From Candidatus Ryanbacteria bacterium CG10_big_fil_rev_8_21_14_0_10_43_42 (GTDB taxonomy: Bacteria; Patescibacteriota; Minisyncoccia; Ryanbacterales; 2-02-FULL-48-12): 64,000 bases of DNA. The stretch is from positions 18,159 to 82,158 of the forward strand of contig PFEF01000008.1 in assembly GCA_002793915.1 (NCBI GenBank), read 5' to 3'. Made by a program: the position numbers and the translations under genes. The notes under the pieces were generated by a model. It saw only the letters and a list, made by a program, of their open reading frames with translations. It was not told where the DNA came from and did no database searches. This document shows, piece by piece, positions 9,909-18,806 of this stretch (its first letter is position 1; each line of letters starts with the position of its first letter).

Positions 9909-10949
9909 CTAGAAAGGATTTTTAGCGCCCCGAACTTCAAAATGCACATGACATCCCGTGGACCGTCCGGTTGATCCGATCGTACCAATCGTTTGCCCCT
10001 GCACGACGTACTGTCCAATGGAAACCCAGTTTGCGGTATTGTGCGCATAAAGCGTCTGGGTGCCGTTTGCATGTGATATTACGATATAATTTCCGTACCC
10101 GCCATTCCATCCGGATGCCCGAGAGACAATTACCGTTCCGGAGGCGGATGCATAAATAGGGGAACCACACGAAAGTGCTAAATCCACACCATTAAACCCA
10201 TGTAAATCTTGTGTTTTCTTTCCACCACCTACAGGACGGATATAATAGCCGGAAGCATCTTTTAAATTGCCTATATTAATCCGAAGCTGACTTGTACCTG
10301 CCGCTATCACGCGCTCTTTTGTTACCTCTCCATCGGGAATAATAACCTCATCCCCAACAGCAAGCACCGCATCCGCCGAAAGATCATTATAGGCAAGAAT
10401 TTCATCCAGATCTCCGCTATATTTTTTCGCAATGGACTGAAGAGTATCGCCCTTTGCAACAGCATGACGAATTCCCGTTACCGGCAAAATAACCAAAACA
10501 TCTCCCGGTTTGATAAGATCCCCGCGCGTTATATTATTCGCCCAGATAATGGTATTGGTTGTTACCCCAAACATGCGCGCAATGATGGAAATATTATCGC
10601 CCTCGCGTACGGTATAAAGCGTAATACTATCGGTCCTTATTTCTTCCACATCGGCAATGCTTCCCAAAGGACCCACCACCGGAAGAAGGGTACTCGCATC
10701 TATAATGGGAAGCGATGCTCCTCCGGTAGCCGCCGCTTTTATATCCGGATTATGTGGTGCCTCCAAAAGAGGCATGGTTTGAAGAGATGTAGTTCCGTCA
10801 TAATCCGCATCCGCTTCTTGCAACACATTATTAAGCCCTAAAAGACCGCCTATAAATGAAAAAAGCCCGGCGTGTGCCTGCTCTATAGAAAACAAGGATA
10901 TGGTAAGCGCAACTACGACAAACAGGATTGCCTTTTTAAATCGGTACAA
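9909..10949 (-). CDS. LysM-domain M23-family metallopeptidase (peptidoglycan hydrolase)
   Basis: 346 aa; signal anchor, two LysM repeats (YTVREGDNISIIARMFGV; HAVAKGDTLQSIAKKYSG), C-terminal M23 motifs HxGxD...YAHN...GSTGRSTGCHVHFE. Confidence 0.85.
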   Translation of the reverse strand: MYRFKKAILFVVVALTISLFSIEQAHAGLFSFIGGLLGLNNVLQEADADYDGTTSLQTMPLLEAPHNPDIKAAATGGASLPIIDASTLLPVVGPLGSIADVEEIRTDSITLYTVREGDNISIIARMFGVTTNTIIWANNITRGDLIKPGDVLVILPVTGIRHAVAKGDTLQSIAKKYSGDLDEILAYNDLSADAVLAVGDEVIIPDGEVTKERVIAAGTSQLRINIGNLKDASGYYIRPVGGGKKTQDLHGFNGVDLALSCGSPIYASASGTVIVSRASGWNGGYGNYIVISHANGTQTLYAHNTANWVSIGQYVVQGQTIGTIGSTGRSTGCHVHFEVRGAKNPF

Positions 10950-11107
10950 AGAAAGACGTTTTGATTTTTTCTGCGTACTAATGGAATTGCATATAATGAT
11001 AATCTTCTAAATATGCGGAAAAGCGACAATAACACGGAGAAATTTCAGAGTACGGAGCGTTCTATATACGTCCTACCATGATACCAATCTTACCATACCG
11101 TGCAATA

Positions 11108-11136
11108 TTGACAATAAAATAGTATTATTGTATATT
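11108..11136 (+). promoter_or_regulatory. sigma70-type promoter TTGACA-17-TATATT
   Basis: TTGACA 11108-11113, TATATT 11131-11136; followed by GAGGAGG SD (11175-11181) and ATG 11187. Confidence 0.5.
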
Positions 11137-11186
11137 ATATTTAGTTAAATTTACCTGTGTAATCTTGCGCCAAAGAGGAGGCAAGT

Positions 11187-11381
11187 ATGACCGATGTTTC
11201 GTATCTTTACGGGAACTTTGTCGAGGGTATTACAAAAAAAAGAGCCCCGGTGAAGGGAATTGTGGTAGGGTTTCAAGAAGGAGAAATTAAGGATTCTGTC
11301 CCGGAAATTTATCTTTTGATCGAGCGAGAAAATGGATTTCTGGAATCTATCTTATTTGAAGGAACAAAAGTCATAATATAA
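11187..11381 (+). CDS. small hypothetical protein (64 aa)
   Basis: strong promoter and SD upstream; weak hairpin (AAGCC-n9-GGCTT) plus T-run 11380-11405 downstream. Confidence 0.45.
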   Translation: MTDVSYLYGNFVEGITKKRAPVKGIVVGFQEGEIKDSVPEIYLLIERENGFLESILFEGTKVII

Positions 11382-11487
11382 GCCTGCTTACGGGGCTTTT
11401 TTCTTTGTATATTATATTGCCTGCTTTCTTATTATCCTCTAGCCGTCCTCTCATGTTATCCTTTCTGTATCGCTACACTATAATCCT

Positions 11488-13428
11488 ATGTCGCAAACAA
11501 ACATCTTAAACGATCTGAATCCCGCCCAACAAAAAGCCGTTCTTACCAAAGACGGCGCTCTTTTGGTTATTGCCGGCGCCGGATCCGGGAAAACAAAGGT
11601 GCTCGTACACCGCATTGCACGCCTTATAGAAACAGGCGTTCGTCCTGAAAACATCCTTGCCGTTACCTTTACCAACAAAGCCGCCCGCGAAATGAAGGAA
11701 CGTGCCATTCAACTATTAACAGGAAACGCACGCTCCGGCGAAACACCCACACCCAAAACCACGCCATGGATAGGCACTTTTCACGCATTGGGCGTTTATA
11801 TTCTCCGGCGACACGGCAGTCATCTGGGCATCCCCGGCAACTTTACCATTCTTGATGAAGATGAGGCGCGGGCCCTCGTGAAACGGCTTTTAAAAGAACG
11901 TTCCGCTGACCCAAAACAATTTCCGCCCGCCCGCATACGCCAAATGATTTCTCACATGAAAAATAATCCCGCGACAAAACATGACGAAGAAGAGGAACAC
12001 ACCTATCCCGAAATAATACGAGATGTATTTCGGGCGTATGAAGAAGAACTTGAACGCGCACATACGCTCGATTTTGATGATCTGCTCGTGCGCACTCTTC
12101 GCTTGCTATCCGAATATCCCGACGTTCTTGCGGCATATCACCGTACATGGCCGTACATTATGGTGGACGAATACCAAGACACAAACCATATACAATACAC
12201 CATAACGAAACTTCTAAGCAAAGGGTCCGGTAATATTATGGTAGTGGGAGATATAGATCAGGCAATTTATTCGTGGCGGGGGGCTAATTTTCGCAATATT
12301 TTGGCATTTGAAAAAGATTGGCCCAAAACAACAGTCATAACGCTTGAACAAAATTACCGCTCAACATCAATAATTCTTGAGGCGGCAAATACGCTTATCA
12401 AAAACAATAACGAACGGCGGGAAAAAAACCTCTGGACGGCAAATGAGGGAGGGGATCGTATTCGCATTACCGTAACGGACGACGAGCGACAAGAAGCGCG
12501 ATATGTTTTGCGAACCATTCATGCTCTTACCCAAAAACATACGCGCCTTAACGATATAGCTATTTTGTACCGCACCAACGCACAATCCCGTGCCATTGAG
12601 GAAGAACTAATAAAACACGCTGTTCCATACCGCCTCGTAGGAGGCACGCGATTCTACGAAAGAAAAGAAATACGGGACATGCTTGCTTATATGCGTATTG
12701 CGCAAAACCCGGAAGACGTCATAAGCATGGATCGCATTCGCAACGTTCCCGCGCGGGGCATCGGAAAGGTTCTCGCGGAAAAATACAAGAATAACATTCC
12801 TCTCACACCAAAGGAACAGAAAAAGATTTCCATTTTTGAAAACATACGGCGCATACTGGAAGAAGCGCGTGCCAAGAAACCCGTAAGCGAATTTTTACAG
12901 ACAATCATCCGGCATACGGCGTATGAATCTTTTTTGCGGGATGGAACAGCAGAGGGAGAAGACCGCTGGGCAAATATTCTTGAGCTTTTTACGGTGACAA
13001 AAGAATATGATTCCGTGCCAGCTCCGCGCGGAACGGAGCAATTTTTAGAGGAAGCATCCCTTCTTGCCGATGCCGACACGGTGGATGAAACAACGGGTGC
13101 TGTGCATCTTATGACCGTACACGCCGCAAAAGGGCTGGAATTTAATACCGTATTTGTTGTAGGACTTGAAGAGGGTGTGTTTCCCCACAGCTTAAGCGCA
13201 TTTTCAGGGGATGAACTCGAAGAAGAACGCCGCCTGTGTTATGTGGCTCTCACACGGGCAAAATCACAGCTATTCCTCACTATGGCACGTACCCGCATGC
13301 TTTACGGAGAAAAAACATGGAATGAACCGTCGCGATTTCTTGCGGAAATTCCGGAACATCTCATAACAGAAACACCATCCAAACCGGCTATTCAAGAAGA
13401 AGATATCATAGGCTACGACATAGGATAA
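11488..13428 (+). CDS. uvrD: UvrD/PcrA-family ATP-dependent DNA helicase
   Basis: 646 aa; Walker A AGAGSGKT, motifs DEYQDTN, VGD.DQAIY.WRGA, helicase C-terminal motifs. Confidence 0.9.
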   Translation: MSQTNILNDLNPAQQKAVLTKDGALLVIAGAGSGKTKVLVHRIARLIETGVRPENILAVTFTNKAAREMKERAIQLLTGNARSGETPTPKTTPWIGTFHALGVYILRRHGSHLGIPGNFTILDEDEARALVKRLLKERSADPKQFPPARIRQMISHMKNNPATKHDEEEEHTYPEIIRDVFRAYEEELERAHTLDFDDLLVRTLRLLSEYPDVLAAYHRTWPYIMVDEYQDTNHIQYTITKLLSKGSGNIMVVGDIDQAIYSWRGANFRNILAFEKDWPKTTVITLEQNYRSTSIILEAANTLIKNNNERREKNLWTANEGGDRIRITVTDDERQEARYVLRTIHALTQKHTRLNDIAILYRTNAQSRAIEEELIKHAVPYRLVGGTRFYERKEIRDMLAYMRIAQNPEDVISMDRIRNVPARGIGKVLAEKYKNNIPLTPKEQKKISIFENIRRILEEARAKKPVSEFLQTIIRHTAYESFLRDGTAEGEDRWANILELFTVTKEYDSVPAPRGTEQFLEEASLLADADTVDETTGAVHLMTVHAAKGLEFNTVFVVGLEEGVFPHSLSAFSGDELEEERRLCYVALTRAKSQLFLTMARTRMLYGEKTWNEPSRFLAEIPEHLITETPSKPAIQEEDIIGYDIG

Positions 13429-13432
13429 CAAC

Positions 13433-14182
13433 ATGCATCCCAAAAAATCCCTCGGGCAAAATTTTTTAACCTCAAAAGAAACGGCAGGGCGCATAGTACG
13501 CGCGGCTACTCTTTCGCCGGGAGACGTTGTGTTGGAGGTGGGGCCCGGAAAAGGAATATTAACAGAACTTCTTCTGGAAACAGGAGCTGTAGTATTTGCC
13601 ATAGAAAAAGATCCGCGCATGGTTCTCTTTCTGAAAGAAAAATTTGCGGATAAAAAAAACTTCACCATTACGGAAGGGGATATTTTAGACAGCACCGTCC
13701 ATGACGTACTGCCCGATACTTATTCTATTGTCGCTAATTTGCCGTATTATATTACATCACATTTCCTGCGCCTTTTTTTGGAAGAATTAAGAAAAAAACC
13801 CGTGTCCATGACGCTCATGGTACAGCGCGAGGTGGCTGATCGTATTATAGCGCGCCCGCCGCACATGAGTTTATTGTCGCTTTCCGTGCAAGCTTTTGGT
13901 ACACCAAAAAAAATACTCAACGTATCCCGCAAACAATTCTCACCGCCACCCGATGTAAATTCTGCGGTAATTACCATACAACAAATTTCTGATGCGTTCT
14001 TTATAAAAAATAATACAACGCCCCAAGAATTTTTCCCCGCAATCAAAAAAGCATTCTCCCAGAAAAGAAAAATGCTTCGTTCATCAATAGGCATTGCGGG
14101 GAAATGTTCCACAAAACGCCCACAAGAATTGTCGTTGCAAAACTGGCTGGATATAGTACCTCTAATAAAAAATGCTTTGTGA
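13433..14182 (+). CDS. rsmA: 16S rRNA (adenine1518/1519-N6)-dimethyltransferase
   Basis: 249 aa; LGQNFL, VLEVGPGKGILT SAM motif, NLPY motif. Confidence 0.9.
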   Translation: MHPKKSLGQNFLTSKETAGRIVRAATLSPGDVVLEVGPGKGILTELLLETGAVVFAIEKDPRMVLFLKEKFADKKNFTITEGDILDSTVHDVLPDTYSIVANLPYYITSHFLRLFLEELRKKPVSMTLMVQREVADRIIARPPHMSLLSLSVQAFGTPKKILNVSRKQFSPPPDVNSAVITIQQISDAFFIKNNTTPQEFFPAIKKAFSQKRKMLRSSIGIAGKCSTKRPQELSLQNWLDIVPLIKNAL

Positions 14183-14201
14183 ACTCACAAAGTATTTTTA
14201 C

Positions 14202-14966
14202 TTACGAGACCGGAATATATCCGTCCGGTCCTCGTTTGTAAATTTTTTCCCCCGGTGTGGCCGGAGAAAGTGAAAGAGGAGAAGATCTCGCTCGGGGAGC
14301 CACGTTCGCCTGCAATGGAATCACGAACGACTCATACTTTCTACCATTAAAGACAGAAAACGCGAGTTGTTTATATTCTCCCGACGGGAAGAATATACTG
14401 CCGGATACCGTACCTCCCGGTGCAAGCGTAGCGCTTTGTATCTGAGTTTCGTGCAAGCGTGCAAGTTCCTGCTGTGGATTTCCTGTAAGAGCATGTTGCA
14501 GTCCCGCTCCAAACATACGCCCGGCATACGGCACCGATGATCCGAGCATCACAGCCCCTATTCCGAGAGAATTTAATCCTAATGAATCAACGGGTTCGCT
14601 CCACGATTTTTGCGGAGCCAGAGCGCTTGTCTGATGTCTATACAGGCCGTTAACATCAACGCCTTGTACGGATGAGATTGTGATAGGAATATTCCCTTTG
14701 TTCGTGGCGCTAAACTGAAACTCTGTCCAACGCGCACTGCCGGACACCGGCCGAACAAACACACTAAGGGAACCGTTCCTTGTTTCCACGCCTTTACCGG
14801 GTACGCCAACCTCTTTTGGCGCAAACACACCCCCGATTGCCCGTCCGGCAAACTCACTTGCTATATTGGTTGCCGTGTACTGCATTAACGCAGGGCCTGC
14901 GGCCGTGCACCCCGAAAGGGAAAGCACAACACACCACCCCAACATCCTTGAGAGGTTCACGTTCAT
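14202..14966 (-). CDS. predicted lipoprotein, unknown function
   Basis: 254 aa; signal peptide with lipobox LSGC; AGGAGGAGG SD upstream. Confidence 0.5.
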   Translation of the reverse strand: MNVNLSRMLGWCVVLSLSGCTAAGPALMQYTATNIASEFAGRAIGGVFAPKEVGVPGKGVETRNGSLSVFVRPVSGSARWTEFQFSATNKGNIPITISSVQGVDVNGLYRHQTSALAPQKSWSEPVDSLGLNSLGIGAVMLGSSVPYAGRMFGAGLQHALTGNPQQELARLHETQIQSATLAPGGTVSGSIFFPSGEYKQLAFSVFNGRKYESFVIPLQANVAPRARSSPLSLSPATPGEKIYKRGPDGYIPVS

Positions 14967-15069
14967 AACCTCCTCCTTTCGTAAAGTTATATTGAATTAT
15001 TAATACCACATATTATTTAAAAAAGCAAGTCTGTTCTCGAATCGCATACCGTATAATACGAATCATATA

Positions 15070-16131
15070 TTACCCGCACCCGCATATACCCGTCTGTGGA
15101 TCCCATATGGCATTTGGCCAGGCGCCGCACTGTAAATTAAGGCATCCGAGCGGTATGGTGCATCCCATGGAATGCGGTCCACAATCGGGAACGCTTACAC
15201 ACACAAAACCGGTACAATTAAGTCCGCAATTACAACAGCCAATCACGCTGTTAAATCCCGGCACCGTAAAAAATGGGGCATCATCCTTATAGCAATCTCC
15301 CCCCAATCCAAATGATGATCCCCCCGTTACCCATGACGCACGTGCTTCTTGTGGAATTAAAACAAAGGCGACAGCATCCAGTATATCCCGTACAAGATCA
15401 TGCGTATTTTCCGTACTTATAAGAAACTTTTGCCCGCCAAGCATCACAGAAACCGATTTAAACTCCCTTTCATAACTCTGCCGCTCCCGCGTAACATCAT
15501 CTTTAAGCGTGGTTGTAATATGATATATATACACTTCTTTCTGCTCTTCCGTAATAAAACCGCGTTCGGCGGCATATGCCACGAGTTGCCGTAAAATAAC
15601 ACTGATTTCTTCGTCCGTAGCGGGATTCGGATTAATATCCTTTTCATCAATAAACCCTTCATTCTTCATAAGAAGCTGTACATTATACAAAGAATCCCTG
15701 TACGTCGGCGGCCATAACCGGTCAAAAACAAGCTCTTCAATCTCTTCCGGAGAACGTTCTGGTGTTTTGTCGGGGGAAGAATCTGTAGTTGCAGGAATAG
15801 AAGAATGTTCCTTTTCCGGTACCTCGTCTTGATTTATGTGCGGTAATAATGTCACCACATTGTTTTTTATCGTTTCAAACACATCATATTGAGTGTTATT
15901 ATCATCGCTTTCTTTTATTGCGGAAAATAGAGGAACTTTTTCATGCAAACCGCCCGTATATTCTTTCTCCGATAATGATACATATGACGAGGAAGAATAA
16001 TCTTTACTCTCACGAGACAACTCATTGTCTTCTCCATAGCGCGTGCCTAAAAAAACCAGGGATAGTAAAACAAAAGCAAGTACTGATCCGCCGCCTAAAA
16101 AAAATATTGTTTGTTTATCTATGCCGTACAT
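15070..16131 (-). CDS. membrane-anchored protein with extremely Cys-rich C-terminal domain
   Basis: start placed at MYGIDKQ.. (16129-16131), immediately followed by TM helix; longest ORF extends to 16260 but would overlap divergent gene; last ~75 aa contain 16 Cys (CCNCGLNC..CGCG). Confidence 0.45.
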   Translation of the reverse strand: MYGIDKQTIFFLGGGSVLAFVLLSLVFLGTRYGEDNELSRESKDYSSSSYVSLSEKEYTGGLHEKVPLFSAIKESDDNNTQYDVFETIKNNVVTLLPHINQDEVPEKEHSSIPATTDSSPDKTPERSPEEIEELVFDRLWPPTYRDSLYNVQLLMKNEGFIDEKDINPNPATDEEISVILRQLVAYAAERGFITEEQKEVYIYHITTTLKDDVTRERQSYEREFKSVSVMLGGQKFLISTENTHDLVRDILDAVAFVLIPQEARASWVTGGSSFGLGGDCYKDDAPFFTVPGFNSVIGCCNCGLNCTGFVCVSVPDCGPHSMGCTIPLGCLNLQCGAWPNAIWDPQTGICGCG

Positions 16132-16254
16132 ATGTACATCATATACCGTACCATGCAAAATATATAGAGGTTCATAAGTTATCCACACGGAAAAACATAA
16201 ATTTGTCACGGGAAAAGGTACAATATATTGTATTAGCGGTAATGTCCGTGCGTT

Positions 16255-17244
16255 TTGCAATACCTTCCTAGTAAAAAATTTTTTATATTCCTTTTTACTC
16301 TCACAATACTCTTGAGTGTGGGATGGTATTTAAATTCTCCAAAAACACATCAGACAATACAGACAAACACATCATCCAAGAAAAAGGATTCCTCCACAGG
16401 CATCATAGCCAAAAAAGATACGGACGGCGACGGACTTCTTGATTGGGAGGAAACTCTCTGGGGAATGAATCCCGACAATCCCGATACTGACGGGGATGGT
16501 ATTTCTGACAATGAAGAGGTTCTAGCACAGGAACACACGCTTTCTCTTGAATCCATCGCATCCATATCACCCGCCTCCGATACGCTTTCTGACGACGAAC
16601 CGCCTTCTCTCGTTGCTCAAATTGCCCAAGATTTCGGAAAAACGTATCTCCAACAAAAATTCACCACCTCATCAATTGATACGGAGCGCATGAGTACGGA
16701 TCTTGTAACAAAACTGCAAAATACCATTGTCGAAGAATCATCCCGAAATCTTTCCTCACCCTTTAGTGAAAAAGATATTATTGTGATAAAAGAAAACTCC
16801 TCATCCGCTCTGCTTACCTATATAAATGGGCTCGGAAATGCCATACAAAGCATGCCTCATATTGAAAAAAACGGCATACTGCTGTTTACTCTCGGACTTT
16901 CCAAACAAGAAATTATCAGTGAAGATCTTTTTACTGAAGAGCTTACGGGCTACCTGACACTTATAGAGTCGCTTAAAAAAATTCCCGTACCGAAATCCAT
17001 GGCAGATACTCATATCGCTCTGATGAATAACTTCTGGCATCAGTATCAAATTATACGCAGTCTTTCGAAAGTGGACAGCGATCCGGTTCGAGCGCTTGCG
17101 GCATTCAATCGCTATCCCGAAATTGCCGAAGAATCCCTCTCTCCTCTTGGCGCTATTATAGATAGTATTGTTCAAAACGATCTCTCCTTTACCGAAGAAG
17201 ACGGCGGTCTGGTGTTTGTCAGTTATAAGGAATTACGCAAATGA
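16255..17244 (+). CDS. secreted/membrane-anchored protein with thrombospondin-type-3-like Asp-rich Ca-binding repeats
   Basis: 329 aa, TTG start per ORF track; N-terminal signal anchor; DTDGDGLLDWEE..NPDNPDTDGDGISDNEE motif pair. Confidence 0.5.
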   Translation: MQYLPSKKFFIFLFTLTILLSVGWYLNSPKTHQTIQTNTSSKKKDSSTGIIAKKDTDGDGLLDWEETLWGMNPDNPDTDGDGISDNEEVLAQEHTLSLESIASISPASDTLSDDEPPSLVAQIAQDFGKTYLQQKFTTSSIDTERMSTDLVTKLQNTIVEESSRNLSSPFSEKDIIVIKENSSSALLTYINGLGNAIQSMPHIEKNGILLFTLGLSKQEIISEDLFTEELTGYLTLIESLKKIPVPKSMADTHIALMNNFWHQYQIIRSLSKVDSDPVRALAAFNRYPEIAEESLSPLGAIIDSIVQNDLSFTEEDGGLVFVSYKELRK

Positions 17245-18788
17245 AATTTCTTTCCCTACTACGACAGTCTTTCAGATCTCACACTCTTGTTAAGGGAGGT
17301 GTTGCTCTTTTTATAGTTGGTAGTATATTCCTTCCATTCGTTCGTACGGCCGATGCCGTAGTTCCCGTACACTGCCCGACCATCTGCCAAACATGGGATG
17401 TTGCGCTTTCGGGAAAAATAGGCGCATCACCCGAAAGATGGTTTGCCACGAAAGAACATAGTTCAACCGGCCTTGCAAGCGTTACGGGGATCGTTGACGC
17501 AATAACAAACCCTTCACTCGATGCCATTCTTTGGGAAATAGCACGCGTTATCTTACGACAATTCGCTGAAAATATTATTGAATGGATTAAAACCGGCCAA
17601 GATCCGTTCTTTTTCGGCGGTACAAACGGGGGGTTATTCGTAACAAACATAGATGAGTTTGTGCTTGATGCGGCGGATAATGCGGCAGGCGTCTTTCTTT
17701 CGGAATATTTGGGAGATGCATATGATAATCTATGTTCTCCGTTTCGTCTTGATGTAGCACTTGGCCTGGGACACAGTTACGGGCGTGATTACGGCAGTTT
17801 TAAATATCAGGCACGGTGCAGTATAACCGACATTGTTGCCAACCTCGAAGATTTTTATAACGATTTTGAAAACGGCGGCTGGGAAGCATGGTTTGCAACG
17901 TCTCGCTATGAAAATAACCCCTTAGGCCTTCTTACTCTTTCCGTGGAAACTTCCATTGGCCGCGAAACGCGCGCCGCAAATGCCAACATTCTTGATTTTT
18001 CAGCCGGTCTCGGTTTTCTGGGTCTTCGCGAGTGTCCGCCGGAAAACCAGATTCCCGGCCCCACACAGGATGGAAAACCGCTTTGTAAAAATAACGGCTA
18101 CATAACAAAATCTCCCGGAAAAGCCGTAGAGGATCAATTAGCCGATGCACTTGGTCAAGATATCCGTCAGCTGGAAATAGCCGATGAAATGAACGAAATT
18201 ATTGCCGCCATTTTTGATGAACTTCTTTCCTGGGCATTGGGAGGCGCCGGCGGGGGACTCCTTGGTTACGAAAAAGGATCCGTTCCTGATTTTCCGGATC
18301 CCGGCGATACGGGAGCGCTTTCCTGTGCCCGCGCAACAGGAAAACCCAGTGGCTGTGAATGTTCATTTAATGAACAGTGCGCAAGTAAAATATGTAATGG
18401 AAGTCTGGTATGTGAGGCACCTCCAACACCGCCCGATATTCCCGGAGGAGGAACAACACAGTGCTCGGACGGTTTTGATAATGATGGCGATCGCCTTATA
18501 GATTCCGCCGATCCCGATTGTGTTGATGCAAATGACGATTCAGAAGCTTACCCTCTTCCCGAATGTAGTGATGGTCTTGATAATGACGGGGATTTACGAA
18601 TTGATTTTCCTGTTGATCCCGAATGTCCCAATGCTCTCTTCAACGACGAAACAGGAGGACCACCACCTCATTGTAGTGATGGTCTTGATAATGACGGGGA
18701 TAGCCTCATCGACTGGCCGGATGACCCGGGATGCAGAGACATATTTGATGATCGTGAAACGGATACTCCAAACCCGACTGAAAACTAA
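17241..18788 (+). CDS. secreted protein with three C-terminal CSDGxDNDGDxxID..DP.C repeats (putative Ca/metal-binding)
   Basis: 515 aa; signal anchor; start overlaps previous stop (ATGA); 29-nt exact DNA repeat tgtagtgatggtcttgataatgacgggga at 18564 and 18671. Confidence 0.55.
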   Translation: MKFLSLLRQSFRSHTLVKGGVALFIVGSIFLPFVRTADAVVPVHCPTICQTWDVALSGKIGASPERWFATKEHSSTGLASVTGIVDAITNPSLDAILWEIARVILRQFAENIIEWIKTGQDPFFFGGTNGGLFVTNIDEFVLDAADNAAGVFLSEYLGDAYDNLCSPFRLDVALGLGHSYGRDYGSFKYQARCSITDIVANLEDFYNDFENGGWEAWFATSRYENNPLGLLTLSVETSIGRETRAANANILDFSAGLGFLGLRECPPENQIPGPTQDGKPLCKNNGYITKSPGKAVEDQLADALGQDIRQLEIADEMNEIIAAIFDELLSWALGGAGGGLLGYEKGSVPDFPDPGDTGALSCARATGKPSGCECSFNEQCASKICNGSLVCEAPPTPPDIPGGGTTQCSDGFDNDGDRLIDSADPDCVDANDDSEAYPLPECSDGLDNDGDLRIDFPVDPECPNALFNDETGGPPPHCSDGLDNDGDSLIDWPDDPGCRDIFDDRETDTPNPTEN

Positions 18789-18806
18789 AACAAACAAGAT
18801 TACATA

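Noticed and set aside
11479-11490. TATAAT immediately (3 nt) upstream of uvrD ATG as a leaderless-mRNA promoter
   Set aside because: Spacing places the predicted TSS inside or after the start codon; cannot be supported as leaderless promoter from sequence alone.
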